The translations under genes were made by a program, and so were the position numbers. From assembly GCA_013203045.1 (NCBI GenBank), contig JABMQN010000059.1:1-62889 (forward strand): a DNA stretch of 62,889 nucleotides, in the 5' to 3' direction. The notes under the pieces are model-generated. The model was not told the DNA's origin and did no database searches. It was given only the letters and a program-made list of their open reading frames with translations. This document shows, piece after piece, positions 44,713 through 53,735 of the stretch. Origin of the DNA: Chloroflexota bacterium. GTDB taxonomy: Bacteria; Chloroflexota; Dehalococcoidia; SZUA-161; SpSt-899. The first letter of the stretch is position 1; the number at the start of each line of letters is the position of its first letter.

Positions 44713-44904
44713 ATGGCAGAGTGGCATTGTCACAAGTGCAAAGTCCCCACCGAAGAAAAAGAGATCGAACTGCTTTATATGGATATGCCGGGATTCCAGA
44801 TGGCCTTTGTCTGCCCCAGCTGCAACGGCAAGTGGGTTTCCGAGGAAGTGGTCATCGGCAACATCATCCCGGGCGAGGAAGAACTGGAAGCCAAACTGGA
44901 ATAA
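44713..44904 (+). CDS. small CxxC...CxxC zinc-ribbon/rubredoxin-like protein
   Basis: 63 aa with CHKC ... CPSC. It starts 2 nt after the previous stop. Confidence 0.55.
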   Translation: MAEWHCHKCKVPTEEKEIELLYMDMPGFQMAFVCPSCNGKWVSEEVVIGNIIPGEEELEAKLE

Positions 44905-44919
44905 TTCAATCATCTTCCA

Positions 44920-45717
44920 ATGCAAGATGCTGATAAGGCAACAAAACAAACCATAACCCAGGCCTACGAATCCAACCATTTCAATGAGGTATTGGCAGAG
45001 ACCTTACATCTCGGCGGTTTGGAACTTACCGCCAGAGTTGCCGAGATCGCCGGGATCAATGAAAATTTACACGTTCTGGATATCGCCTCCGGTCGCGGGA
45101 CTACCGCCTGTTTTCTGGCACGGCAGTATGGCTGTCGGGTAACGGGAATCGACCTTTCTGATATCTCAACAAAGCTATCCACCCACAAAGCTACAGTTCA
45201 AGGCTTGGCTCCCGACACCGGTTTTCTTACCGCCGATGCTGAATATCTCCCGTTTGCAGATTGCTCCTTTGACGTGATTGTCAGCGAGTGTTCGTTTTCA
45301 CTGCTGACGAATAAGGAGATCGGGGCACAAGAGATTGCCCGGGTTCTCAAGCCGGGTGGGACGTTTGCCTTCACCGATGTGCTGTTAACGTTTCCCCTCA
45401 GCCAGGATTTGAAGACGAACCTGACCTTTAGTTGCTGCTTTTCCGGCGCAGAGACGAAAGCCGGATATCTGGAGCTGCTGGAGCATGCCGGATTGGCGCA
45501 AACCTATTTTGAAGATCACTCTAAGACGCTCAAAAAAGCCACTTATCAGGTGATCACCGGCTATGGTTCCCTTTCGGCTTTCTGGGATCAGTTCGGTTCA
45601 AAAGCTGATTCTTGCTGTCCAGTAAGTGGAGATACATCCGGGTCCCGCAAACTATGGCTGCGGATGTTTCGGGAAGGGAAACCGGGGTATGGCTTATTTT
45701 CATTTATCAAACCATAG
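44920..45717 (+). CDS. class I SAM-dependent methyltransferase, ArsM-like
   Basis: 265 aa with SAM motif I VLDIASGRG. Cysteines fall at the three positions that bind As(III) in ArsM: GRGTTAC, VSECSFSL and SCCFSGA. Confidence 0.75.
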   Translation: MQDADKATKQTITQAYESNHFNEVLAETLHLGGLELTARVAEIAGINENLHVLDIASGRGTTACFLARQYGCRVTGIDLSDISTKLSTHKATVQGLAPDTGFLTADAEYLPFADCSFDVIVSECSFSLLTNKEIGAQEIARVLKPGGTFAFTDVLLTFPLSQDLKTNLTFSCCFSGAETKAGYLELLEHAGLAQTYFEDHSKTLKKATYQVITGYGSLSAFWDQFGSKADSCCPVSGDTSGSRKLWLRMFREGKPGYGLFSFIKP

Positions 45718-45761
45718 TAGGGGCACATTGCAATGTGCCATTAATAATCAGGAGGCAACCA

Positions 45762-46136
45762 GTGATCACGCCAGAAATTGCAGTAACCGAATTTAGACGG
45801 CGGACCGTTGTGAAATCGTTAGCCTGGCGATTTATTGGAATCATCTGGACCTGGGTTGGCGCTTATCTGATCCTATTGTTTGTTCCTGATAAACATGCTT
45901 CAGCGGCACTGATCGCCACACTTATAGTGGTATACCATCACTCGACGCGCATGGTCATGTATTATTTCTACGAACGTCTTTGGACATCGATTAATTGGGG
46001 GAAAGTGGCTAAGAATCACGAAGTCGGCTTTGCCATGTCCGGGCGTGACAAAATCATGTGGATATCAGCCACGGTAACTGCCACGGTAATCATATTTACT
46101 CTAATACTGGTGGTAAGCCCGATGATAAACAAGTAG
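45762..46136 (+). CDS. DUF2061-like membrane protein
   Basis: Probable GTG start at 45762 preceded by AGGAGG. It has K.L.WR..G and a YY.YER.W pattern. The track ORF starts at 45612 inside the previous gene. Confidence 0.55.
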   Translation: MITPEIAVTEFRRRTVVKSLAWRFIGIIWTWVGAYLILLFVPDKHASAALIATLIVVYHHSTRMVMYYFYERLWTSINWGKVAKNHEVGFAMSGRDKIMWISATVTATVIIFTLILVVSPMINK

Positions 46137-46160
46137 GGGCAAGTTTCAAATTTGCCCCTA
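46134..46160. repeat. hairpin TAGGGGCAA...TTGCCCCTA (GTAGGGGC family)
   Basis: Read directly from the sequence. It starts at the DUF2061 stop codon. Confidence 0.7.
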
Positions 46161-46175
46161 TCGCAGTGAATCACT

Positions 46176-47564
46176 ATGAAAGAAATTCTCGCAAATACCA
46201 AAAGCCTTTGTCCGATATGTCTACAGGTTGTTCCTGCTCAGCGAGTGCAAGAAGGGCAGGATGTGTTTATTGAGAAAACATGTCCTGACCACGGTGAATT
46301 CAAAACGATCACCTGGCGGGGGGAGCCATCCTATCAGGATTGGAACGTGGGCGTATTCGCGCCCGGACCGAAATTGCGATTGACGGAAACCGTCAATGGT
46401 TGCCCCAATGACTGCGGAATCTGTCCTGAACACAAAGCGCAAAGCTGCACCATTTTGATGGAAGTCACCAGCCGCTGCAACTTGCAATGTCCGGTATGTT
46501 TTGCTAGTTCGGAAGACTCACCGGATGCCGAGCCGGCCATTGATGAAATCCGGGGAATGCTGGAAACGGTAATTGAAACTGCCGATGTCTGCCCCCTTCA
46601 GTTGAGCGGCGGAGAACCGACACTGCGGGATGATCTTCCTGATATTATCTCTCTGGCTAAACAGATGGGCTTTCCTCATGTTCAGGTCAATACTCATGGG
46701 TTAAGGCTGGCGAAAGACATTGAATATCTGGAGCGTTTGAGGGATGCGGGAGTGGATTTAATCTATCTCCAGTTCGACGGAGTTTCCGATGATGTGTATC
46801 TGCGGATTCGCGGGGCCAATCTGTTCGATTCGAAAGTGAGAGCCATTGAAAACTGCGCTCAAGTCAAAGTCGGAGTGCAACTGGTCCCAACGCTGATTCC
46901 CGGCATCAACGACCATCAGATTGGCGGGATAATACAATTTGCCTGCAAATATATCCCGGTGATCAAAGGGGTTCATTTTCAACCGGTCAGTTACTTCGGA
47001 AGATATCCGGTTGCTCCTGCTGATAAAGACCGAATCACTACACCGGATGTGCTCCGTGTGCTGGAAGAACAAACTGGCGGGGAAATCAAAGCCAGTAACT
47101 TCCTGCCGCGCCGTCGGCATGATTCTCATTGTGGCTTTTCCGGGTTCTTTGTACTGGATGAAGAGGACAAACTGGTAGCGACCACTGTTTTCAAACCAAG
47201 GCAACCATCTGCTGCTGATTGTAACGAAACCGCTGGACGTGTTTCCGAGGCAAATCAACCATCCGAGCATGTGCGCAAGTTTATAACTGAGAAGTCAAAG
47301 TATATCGAGCCGAACCCGGAACTGTTGGAGCAGCAACAGAAAGGCACATTGAAGAGGTTCATTCAGAGGGCTAAAACACATTTTCTCTCCATTTCCGGTA
47401 TGCCGTTTCAGGATGCCTGGACTGTAGATCTGGAACGATTGCAGGGATGTTGCATCCATGTGATCACGCGTGAGAAAAAACTGGTGCCGTTTTGCGCTCA
47501 CTATATTACCAACGCTGATGGGGAAAGGCTACATGGAGTGCGGAAGCCAAGCTTCCGCAAATAA
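46176..47564 (+). CDS. radical SAM enzyme with N-terminal Zn-ribbon and auxiliary Cys clusters (architecture like MJ0619/GDGT-MAS 'Tes' family)
   Basis: 462 aa with CPIC...CPDHG, CPNDCGICPEHKAQSC, the radical-SAM CNLQCPVC, and C-terminal CGFSG / GCCIH...PFCAHY. Confidence 0.8.
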   Translation: MKEILANTKSLCPICLQVVPAQRVQEGQDVFIEKTCPDHGEFKTITWRGEPSYQDWNVGVFAPGPKLRLTETVNGCPNDCGICPEHKAQSCTILMEVTSRCNLQCPVCFASSEDSPDAEPAIDEIRGMLETVIETADVCPLQLSGGEPTLRDDLPDIISLAKQMGFPHVQVNTHGLRLAKDIEYLERLRDAGVDLIYLQFDGVSDDVYLRIRGANLFDSKVRAIENCAQVKVGVQLVPTLIPGINDHQIGGIIQFACKYIPVIKGVHFQPVSYFGRYPVAPADKDRITTPDVLRVLEEQTGGEIKASNFLPRRRHDSHCGFSGFFVLDEEDKLVATTVFKPRQPSAADCNETAGRVSEANQPSEHVRKFITEKSKYIEPNPELLEQQQKGTLKRFIQRAKTHFLSISGMPFQDAWTVDLERLQGCCIHVITREKKLVPFCAHYITNADGERLHGVRKPSFRK

Positions 47565-47603
47565 AAGCGACAGTTCGACTGTCGCACTCCAGGAACCAAA
47601 ACA

Positions 47604-48734
47604 ATGACGGATAATCCATTACACGACGGCTTTATCACCGATGAGGCGCTGGCGACTTTTCGAAGTCGTGTTGGCTCAAAGCTGCGCATAAAAAACATTT
47701 TCAATGAGTTAGCCTCGAAAGATGCGATTCGAAAGTTTTGCGACGGCATCGGTGATCCCAATCCCCTCTGGCGTGACGAAGAATATGCCGAATCGTCGCG
47801 TTATGGATCGCTGATAGCGCCGCCTTCATGGCTGGCCAGCGTATTCCCGACCTGGGTTCTTCAGGGCCTGCCCGGGGTCCATGCTTTTCAGACCAGCACT
47901 GACTGGGAATTTTTGGAACCGGTATTGCTGAATGATCGCATCGTCCCTGAAAGTACGTTCCTTGATTTTCGAATAACCAAAAGCGAATTTGCCGGCAAAT
48001 CGATTCTGGAACGACAGGAGGCCCGGTATTTCAATCAGGACGGCAATCTTGTGGCTCGAGCCAGGGTTGCCGGGTTAAGAGCCGAAAGACCCTCCACCCG
48101 TGAGAAAGGCAAATATGACAGTATTCAACTTCCTCATCCGTGGACTGAAAAGGAGCTAAGAGCAGTTGAAGAAGAAGTGCTTGCTGAGGAGATTCGGGGT
48201 AGTATCACTCGGTATTGGGAAGATGTTGAGGTAGGAGAGAAATTGCCCCAAATAGTCAGGGGGCCGTTAGGCCTTTCTGATACCATCGCCTATTGCATCG
48301 GGGCCTCTCCGGTGCAGATCAAGGCTCACGGGCTGGCACTTCAGGAATATCGAAAACATCCAGCCTGGGCTTTCCGCGATTTGAGCACTTGTGCCTTGGA
48401 ACCTATTTATGGTGTGCATTATAACAAAGCGGCTGCCAATTCAGCAGGGCTTCCTTATCCATACGATACGGCGGTACAGAGACATTGCTGGCTTATGCAA
48501 CTCATGACGAACTGGATGGGCGATGATGGATGGCTCATGCGCAGCTTCGCCAAATACCGCAACTTCGTCTACCTTTCCGATGTTCTCTGGATTCGTGGCA
48601 AAGTGGCCCGCAAGTATATCGACGAAAACGGTGAACATTGCGTGGTCATCAAAACAACAGCAACCAATCAGCGAGATGAAGAGGTGATGCCCGGGCTTTC
48701 GACAGTGATCCTGCCTTCTCGTGAAAACGGTTAA
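47604..48734 (+). CDS. double hot-dog (MaoC-like N- and C-terminal) acyl dehydratase/hydratase
   Basis: 376 aa. The N-terminal part has FCDGIGDPNPLW, and there is a second hot-dog half. The family is recalled from its pattern. Confidence 0.65.
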   Translation: MTDNPLHDGFITDEALATFRSRVGSKLRIKNIFNELASKDAIRKFCDGIGDPNPLWRDEEYAESSRYGSLIAPPSWLASVFPTWVLQGLPGVHAFQTSTDWEFLEPVLLNDRIVPESTFLDFRITKSEFAGKSILERQEARYFNQDGNLVARARVAGLRAERPSTREKGKYDSIQLPHPWTEKELRAVEEEVLAEEIRGSITRYWEDVEVGEKLPQIVRGPLGLSDTIAYCIGASPVQIKAHGLALQEYRKHPAWAFRDLSTCALEPIYGVHYNKAAANSAGLPYPYDTAVQRHCWLMQLMTNWMGDDGWLMRSFAKYRNFVYLSDVLWIRGKVARKYIDENGEHCVVIKTTATNQRDEEVMPGLSTVILPSRENG

Positions 48735-48756
48735 TGCCCATCGTATATAAGATAAA

Positions 48757-50106
48757 ATGAACTTTGAAAACTGGATTCATGATAAAATCTGCCAAGCCAC
48801 AGGGAAATCCAACGTAACGCGAAGTGATATTGAAAGCTACCAGCTTCAGCGGTTAAACCATACGCTTGGTTACGTAAAAGAAAACAGCCCATTCTATCGC
48901 GATCTACTGGCTGATGTGGCTGAAATCCGTTCACTGAATGAAATTAGCCGGATTCCCTTCACCAATCCGCTGGATTTGGAACAGAGTCCATACAAACTGC
49001 TGTGTGTCTCCACGGGAGGAATTGCCCGGATATTCAGTCATTTCACCACCGGCACCATGTCCGGCAGACCAAAAAAGATATTCTTCACTTATAATGATGC
49101 GGAGGCAATCGTTGATTCGATGGCAGCGATCATGGAGACCGTAATCGATGGTGTGGGATTGAAGACGAGTGGGTGTAAAGTTCACATATTCCTGCCGAAC
49201 AACGGCCCCCCGATGAGCATGGCAGGGCTTATTTCCAGAGGAGTGGAACAGCTCGGCGGAATTCCGATTGTAGGCGATTGTACCGCGATGACACCGGAGC
49301 AAATTGAGCAGATAGAAGAGACAAAACCCAATATGCTGATGGGTTCGGCGTTTCGTATCTGGCGAATTACTCAGAAAGCAAGGGAACCTCATAATCTGGC
49401 TAGTATCGGAGTAAAGGCTGTTTTCGTTACTTCTGAATATCTTTCCAGGGCTATGCGGGAGAGGCTGGAAGAGTACTGGCAGGCGGAAGTATTTCATCAT
49501 TACGGGATGACCGAACCCGGATTTGTCATCGGGGTTGAATGCCGGGCACATGACGGATTCCATTTCAATGAAACCCAACTTTTGTTTGAAGTGGTCGACC
49601 CGGAAACCGGGCAGGTGCTGGGAGATGGAGAGGAAGGGGAACTGGTCTTCACTACCCTGCAAAGAGATGGCATGCCATTGATCCGCTACCGGACGGGAGA
49701 TGTTGCCTCTTTGCGCCGGGAGCCCTGCGGGTGTGGAGCTTCAACATTGACGAAGATCGGCACGTTACCAAAACGGGTCGGGCTGATCGTGAAAATCGGA
49801 GATGGGGAACAAATATATACCTCCCTGTTTGATGAGGTATTATATCAGATTCCAGAATTGATTGATTACCGGATATTCATTGACAGGGATGGTGATGTCG
49901 ATGCTTTGAATTGCAAGGTGGAAGTGCTGGGAAATCCTTCGGATATCGAGGAAAGAGCGCTTCAGCAATTGCTTGCAATTTCGCCGGTTCAAAAGAGCGT
50001 ACAGGCAGGTCTATTGGCAAACCCTGTGATCGAACTGGTTGAACGAGGGGTGTTGAGAAGGGGGGGGCGGAGAATGAAAAGAAGAATTGTGGATAATAGA
50101 GCGTAG
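48757..50106 (+). CDS. PaaK/coenzyme F390 synthetase-like AMP-forming CoA ligase
   Basis: 449 aa with SSGTTG replaced by HFTTGTMSGRPK, plus YGMTE and RYRTGD motifs typical of the phenylacetate-CoA ligase family. Confidence 0.8.
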   Translation: MNFENWIHDKICQATGKSNVTRSDIESYQLQRLNHTLGYVKENSPFYRDLLADVAEIRSLNEISRIPFTNPLDLEQSPYKLLCVSTGGIARIFSHFTTGTMSGRPKKIFFTYNDAEAIVDSMAAIMETVIDGVGLKTSGCKVHIFLPNNGPPMSMAGLISRGVEQLGGIPIVGDCTAMTPEQIEQIEETKPNMLMGSAFRIWRITQKAREPHNLASIGVKAVFVTSEYLSRAMRERLEEYWQAEVFHHYGMTEPGFVIGVECRAHDGFHFNETQLLFEVVDPETGQVLGDGEEGELVFTTLQRDGMPLIRYRTGDVASLRREPCGCGASTLTKIGTLPKRVGLIVKIGDGEQIYTSLFDEVLYQIPELIDYRIFIDRDGDVDALNCKVEVLGNPSDIEERALQQLLAISPVQKSVQAGLLANPVIELVERGVLRRGGRRMKRRIVDNRA

Positions 50107-50131
50107 AGACGACCCGACGGGTCGTCTCTAC
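50103..50131. terminator. bidirectional hairpin GTAGAGACGACCC-gac-GGGTCGTCTCTAC between convergent operons
   Basis: A 13-bp perfect stem followed by TTATTTT on the plus strand. It overlaps the ligase stop codon and abuts the activase stop. Confidence 0.7.
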
Positions 50132-50905
50132 TTATTTTGGCGCAATCTGCGCGATCAATGCCGCTCCAAGGGCCCCCATGATTTGGGGCTCATCACCAAC
50201 CACCACTTCCATCCCCAGCTCTTTTTCCAGAAAGTATTTAATACCTATATTTTTCGCCACCCCGCCGGTGAATACAATCTTGTCTTTGTAGCCAACTGTC
50301 TTTCCCATAATGATGACCCGGCGCGCCACGGCCCGGTGTATCCCGGCCACTATGTCTTCACGGTTTACATTTTCTGCGCGTAACGAGATCATCTCGGATT
50401 CGGCAAAGATAGTGCAGGTGCTGGTGACAGTGGCCGGAGCATGGCTCAGGAGGGCTTCAGGCCCCATTTCATCTATGGTGAGTTCCAGTACGTTGGCCAT
50501 AACTTCCAGGAATCTGCCGGTGCCCGCGGCGCACTTGTCATTCATAACAAAGTCGGCTACGGTTCCATCTTCACGCGGGCCGATAACCTTGCTGTCCTGC
50601 CCACCGATATCGATGATGGTCCTGGCATCAGGGATCAGGTGGTGCACGCCCTTGGCATGACAGATGATCTCGCTGACCCCCCGGTTCGAAAAAGATACCA
50701 CGTGTCGGGCGTAGCCCGTTGAAATGATAGCATCAAGATCTGACATGGTGAGTCCGGCTATTGCCAGTGCGTCTTCGGTCACTTTCAGGGCCGATTCCTG
50801 AACCTTGGAGCCAGTTGGTATGACTTTGTGGGCAATCATCTCACCATCTCTGACGATGGCGGTTTTGGCTGTGGCTGCGCCGACATCAACTCCTGCTGTT
50901 AACAT
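50132..50905 (-). CDS. BcrAD/BadFG/HgdC-type ATPase (dehydratase activase)
   Basis: 257 aa with AGVDVGA, IDIGGQD, a CAAGTGRF cluster-bridging Cys and FTGGVA. Confidence 0.85.
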   Translation of the reverse strand: MLTAGVDVGAATAKTAIVRDGEMIAHKVIPTGSKVQESALKVTEDALAIAGLTMSDLDAIISTGYARHVVSFSNRGVSEIICHAKGVHHLIPDARTIIDIGGQDSKVIGPREDGTVADFVMNDKCAAGTGRFLEVMANVLELTIDEMGPEALLSHAPATVTSTCTIFAESEMISLRAENVNREDIVAGIHRAVARRVIIMGKTVGYKDKIVFTGGVAKNIGIKYFLEKELGMEVVVGDEPQIMGALGAALIAQIAPK

Positions 50906-50958
50906 TGTCTAAAACCTCCGATAAGTCTCAATCCTGATTATACACCTTACATGTTATG

Positions 50959-51026
50959 AGGGGCACGATATTTCGTGCCCCTACGTTTCAATTTTTCACC
51001 TAACCCTCTCCCATTGAAGGAGAGGG
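50959..51026. repeat. two adjacent hairpins: AGGGGCACG-atattt-CGTGCCCCT and CCCTCTCC-cattgaa-GGAGAGGG
   Basis: Read directly from the sequence, between the activase gene and the Hgd-like subunit gene. Confidence 0.7.
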
Positions 51027-51043
51027 AATACTACCACGATTTT

Positions 51044-52453
51044 CTAGGCCGCTGCCTTCATTTCCTTGTTCATCTTGACAACTTCGGCAAACGATTCCAG
51101 CCTGGTCCTCAACTGTTCTGCGCTGTAGTTACGTGTATCGTAGCCATCGGTTTCCAGTACGATGGCCGGAATGCCCAGTTCTTTCTGAAGATCCAGCTTT
51201 GCCATAATTGGGTCGACAGCCCAGGGCCGGCAATTATAAGCATAAGAGATTATGGCTGCATCCATGTTGAAATCTTTGCAGAGTGTTTTCCAGTACATAA
51301 GAGCGGCAGAAGCATCGCAAAGCTGTGGCCTCCGGTACAGGCCTTCCGCGATCTTGTCGACCATATCGGTGTAGGTGCTCTTGGTAAGCTCTTGTGGACA
51401 TAGCCAGTCTACGAATACGGTGGGCAGGCAAAGTCCGAGTTCTTCCACCATTCTGATGGGTGTGGTATCGACATTGGTTCTCAGAGCAAGGTATACACGA
51501 GGAGCGCCCTTGGGAACCACGCCTTCGCCCTCATCGATCTTCCTTTTCACTTCCCTGACCATTGTGGCAAGACCATCAACTGCCTGATCCGGGTAATCGG
51601 TAGCTATTGCCCAGAGTCCGTATGGCAAATTGACATTCGCCTGGCTGATAGGTTGAGGATCAGCAGCTCCGATCATTCGGGTGATATTCTGCATCCCGTA
51701 GAGCCATTTGGCTACATATTTGAAACCGGCTTTCAATTGATCTTCGGTGGTCTCGATGCCGGTTATCTCTTTCACTCGTTTGAGGGCCAGCTTGATAGTG
51801 TTGGCGCTGTATTTCACAGCTCGTTCGTCGAGATTCGGCCAAGCATTCCAAGCCCAGTCGTTCACTCCATCGAGATAAGCAATCTCAAAATTATAGAGTT
51901 CACTCATCATCTCTTCGGTCTCGGCTGCCTGGTCACAGAACCAGCCGGAGCCGATTCCCAGGTCCGGCTTGGGGAGAATGCCCAGATCAATAGCGCCAGT
52001 GTAAATCTGGTACTGGGAGCAATGCGCCTTTCCGACTGGTTGACCGATAAGCTCGCCTCTCTCCAGCATGGGAGTAAGGATGTCGAAGACGGTTCCCCCC
52101 ACCATCCAGAGGACCTGTACCGGCATGCCAACCCAGGTCTTGCCGCCAGCCTCTCTGGCGGCAGCGATCATCGCCAGGGTCATTTGCACCGGGAAAGGCC
52201 AGTTGCAATTGATCACATAGTCGTGTTCGTCCCGGGCCAGCACCCCGTCGATACAACTGTGCATGAAGACCCAGAGAAGCTTTTGCACCGATACCATCTC
52301 GACATCATAGTTTGCCTGAACGGTCTTTTCGGCGTGCTCGATGGCAGCTTCGTTGAAGACGCCCATCCGCTCCAGCGCCTTCTCAATCCGAGGCCGCTGT
52401 TCCTCTATTTCTTCATCGGTATAACCGCACATCTTGAAAAGATTGCTATACAT
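51044..52453 (-). CDS. 2-hydroxyacyl-CoA dehydratase / benzoyl-CoA reductase BcrB-BadE-HgdA-like subunit
   Basis: 469 aa. The assignment rests on family-level resemblance, on pairing with the upstream HgdB-like gene (ATG overlaps its stop) and on the adjacent activase. Confidence 0.7.
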   Translation of the reverse strand: MYSNLFKMCGYTDEEIEEQRPRIEKALERMGVFNEAAIEHAEKTVQANYDVEMVSVQKLLWVFMHSCIDGVLARDEHDYVINCNWPFPVQMTLAMIAAAREAGGKTWVGMPVQVLWMVGGTVFDILTPMLERGELIGQPVGKAHCSQYQIYTGAIDLGILPKPDLGIGSGWFCDQAAETEEMMSELYNFEIAYLDGVNDWAWNAWPNLDERAVKYSANTIKLALKRVKEITGIETTEDQLKAGFKYVAKWLYGMQNITRMIGAADPQPISQANVNLPYGLWAIATDYPDQAVDGLATMVREVKRKIDEGEGVVPKGAPRVYLALRTNVDTTPIRMVEELGLCLPTVFVDWLCPQELTKSTYTDMVDKIAEGLYRRPQLCDASAALMYWKTLCKDFNMDAAIISYAYNCRPWAVDPIMAKLDLQKELGIPAIVLETDGYDTRNYSAEQLRTRLESFAEVVKMNKEMKAAA

Positions 52454-53604
52454 TAGTTCCCCCTCTGTTTCATGATTTCAACGAAAGTTTCCACCCTCGT
52501 TTTGAACTGGCCTCGCTCGGAGGTGTCGTAGTCAGATTCAAGTTTGAGGAATGGGAGACCGGTTACCTCCTCAAACTCCTTTTTGAAGGAGTATGACTGA
52601 ATATCGTATCCGTCGCGGTAGAGCAACTGGTACCACATGAGTCCATCCACCTTGAGTTCTTTGGCTTTGTTGATGAGGTAATCCACCCGTTCCCTCGTGG
52701 GCCTGAACCAGGCCGGCACCACCCGCTTCATAAAGAAGGTATCGGCCATCGCCAGTATGGGATCGCCATCTAAAGATACTTCGTGTTCGTATGGCATCAT
52801 CCCCTCGGCAGCTTCCTCAAAGATAAACTCGCCTCCGACCTCATTCATGATGTTGAAAATCTTGTAATCGCCCATAGCCAGGGTTGAAGCGGTCAGCAGG
52901 ACTTTCGGCTTGCCTGTTTCTTCCACCTGCTTTTGCTTGAGTTCCTCATACAAGGTCTCCAGTATTTCCCTCAGGGTAGCCCTGTCAGCATAGAAAGAAG
53001 CATGATGCAATTTAAGGAAATCTTGCGTGCTGATGGCCGGGGTTTTGCCGGGCTGGCGTAACTGAGAGATATTGCGGAAAAGTTCTCTCATCCGGTTTTG
53101 AGTCTTGATCTCTTCCTTTAATTTGTCCTCGGTAATGGTAATGCCAGTGAAGCTTTCCAACTTCTCTTTCAAGAGGCGAAGGCTTCCTATGTAGTAGTCA
53201 AGAGCATCCTGCCGCTTGTTGTGCGGGACTCCGTAGCGGAAGGTCTTAACATCTGTGTAGTAGTCCCAAACATCGGCAATGCCTCTCATGTTGATATCGG
53301 TTACGGGAACGACAATAAGGTCCGGGAGCTGGTAGAGAACTTCCTCTCCCATCACCCGGTACCCAATCTGGCATCTGCAAAACGTATCGATAAAACGAGG
53401 GATGTAAGCCAGGCTTTCCGCCACTGGCTCCGGGTCTCCGCCACGTGCCAGGCAAAGCGGTAACGCGCCGCTGGCATAGATCATTTCTTCGGGCAAATAC
53501 CCTCCCGGTGGATAGCCAATAATTTTTTGCCCGTCCTTTTTGATTTGACGCAGTTCCGGGCGTCTCTTTGAAAGATGTTCTGCTAGTCTTTCCATTGCAT
53601 CCAT
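52453..53604 (-). CDS. 2-hydroxyacyl-CoA dehydratase subunit (BcrC/BadD/HgdB family)
   Basis: 383 aa. The N-terminal K.G.K.IGY.P..Y.PEE...A.G and C-terminal LESDY pattern fit the HgdB/BcrC family. Confidence 0.75.
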   Translation of the reverse strand: MDAMERLAEHLSKRRPELRQIKKDGQKIIGYPPGGYLPEEMIYASGALPLCLARGGDPEPVAESLAYIPRFIDTFCRCQIGYRVMGEEVLYQLPDLIVVPVTDINMRGIADVWDYYTDVKTFRYGVPHNKRQDALDYYIGSLRLLKEKLESFTGITITEDKLKEEIKTQNRMRELFRNISQLRQPGKTPAISTQDFLKLHHASFYADRATLREILETLYEELKQKQVEETGKPKVLLTASTLAMGDYKIFNIMNEVGGEFIFEEAAEGMMPYEHEVSLDGDPILAMADTFFMKRVVPAWFRPTRERVDYLINKAKELKVDGLMWYQLLYRDGYDIQSYSFKKEFEEVTGLPFLKLESDYDTSERGQFKTRVETFVEIMKQRGN

Positions 53605-53678
53605 ATGTATTCATCCCTCCACTGTTCGTTTGGTTTACAGTTACGTGTAGAATCACCAATATCAGCACGCAAATTCAG

Positions 53679-53735
53679 CCTAATATTAGTAATATCATCA
53701 TAATTATTATGTTACTTCCACACCTTGGTTGTCAA
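53679..53735 (-). promoter_or_regulatory. candidate promoter of the Hgd-like operon, with the same operator-like box as 40441..40497
   Basis: The minus strand reads TTGACA-N18-CATAAT followed by AATTATGATGATATTACTAATATTAGG. Confidence 0.55.
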
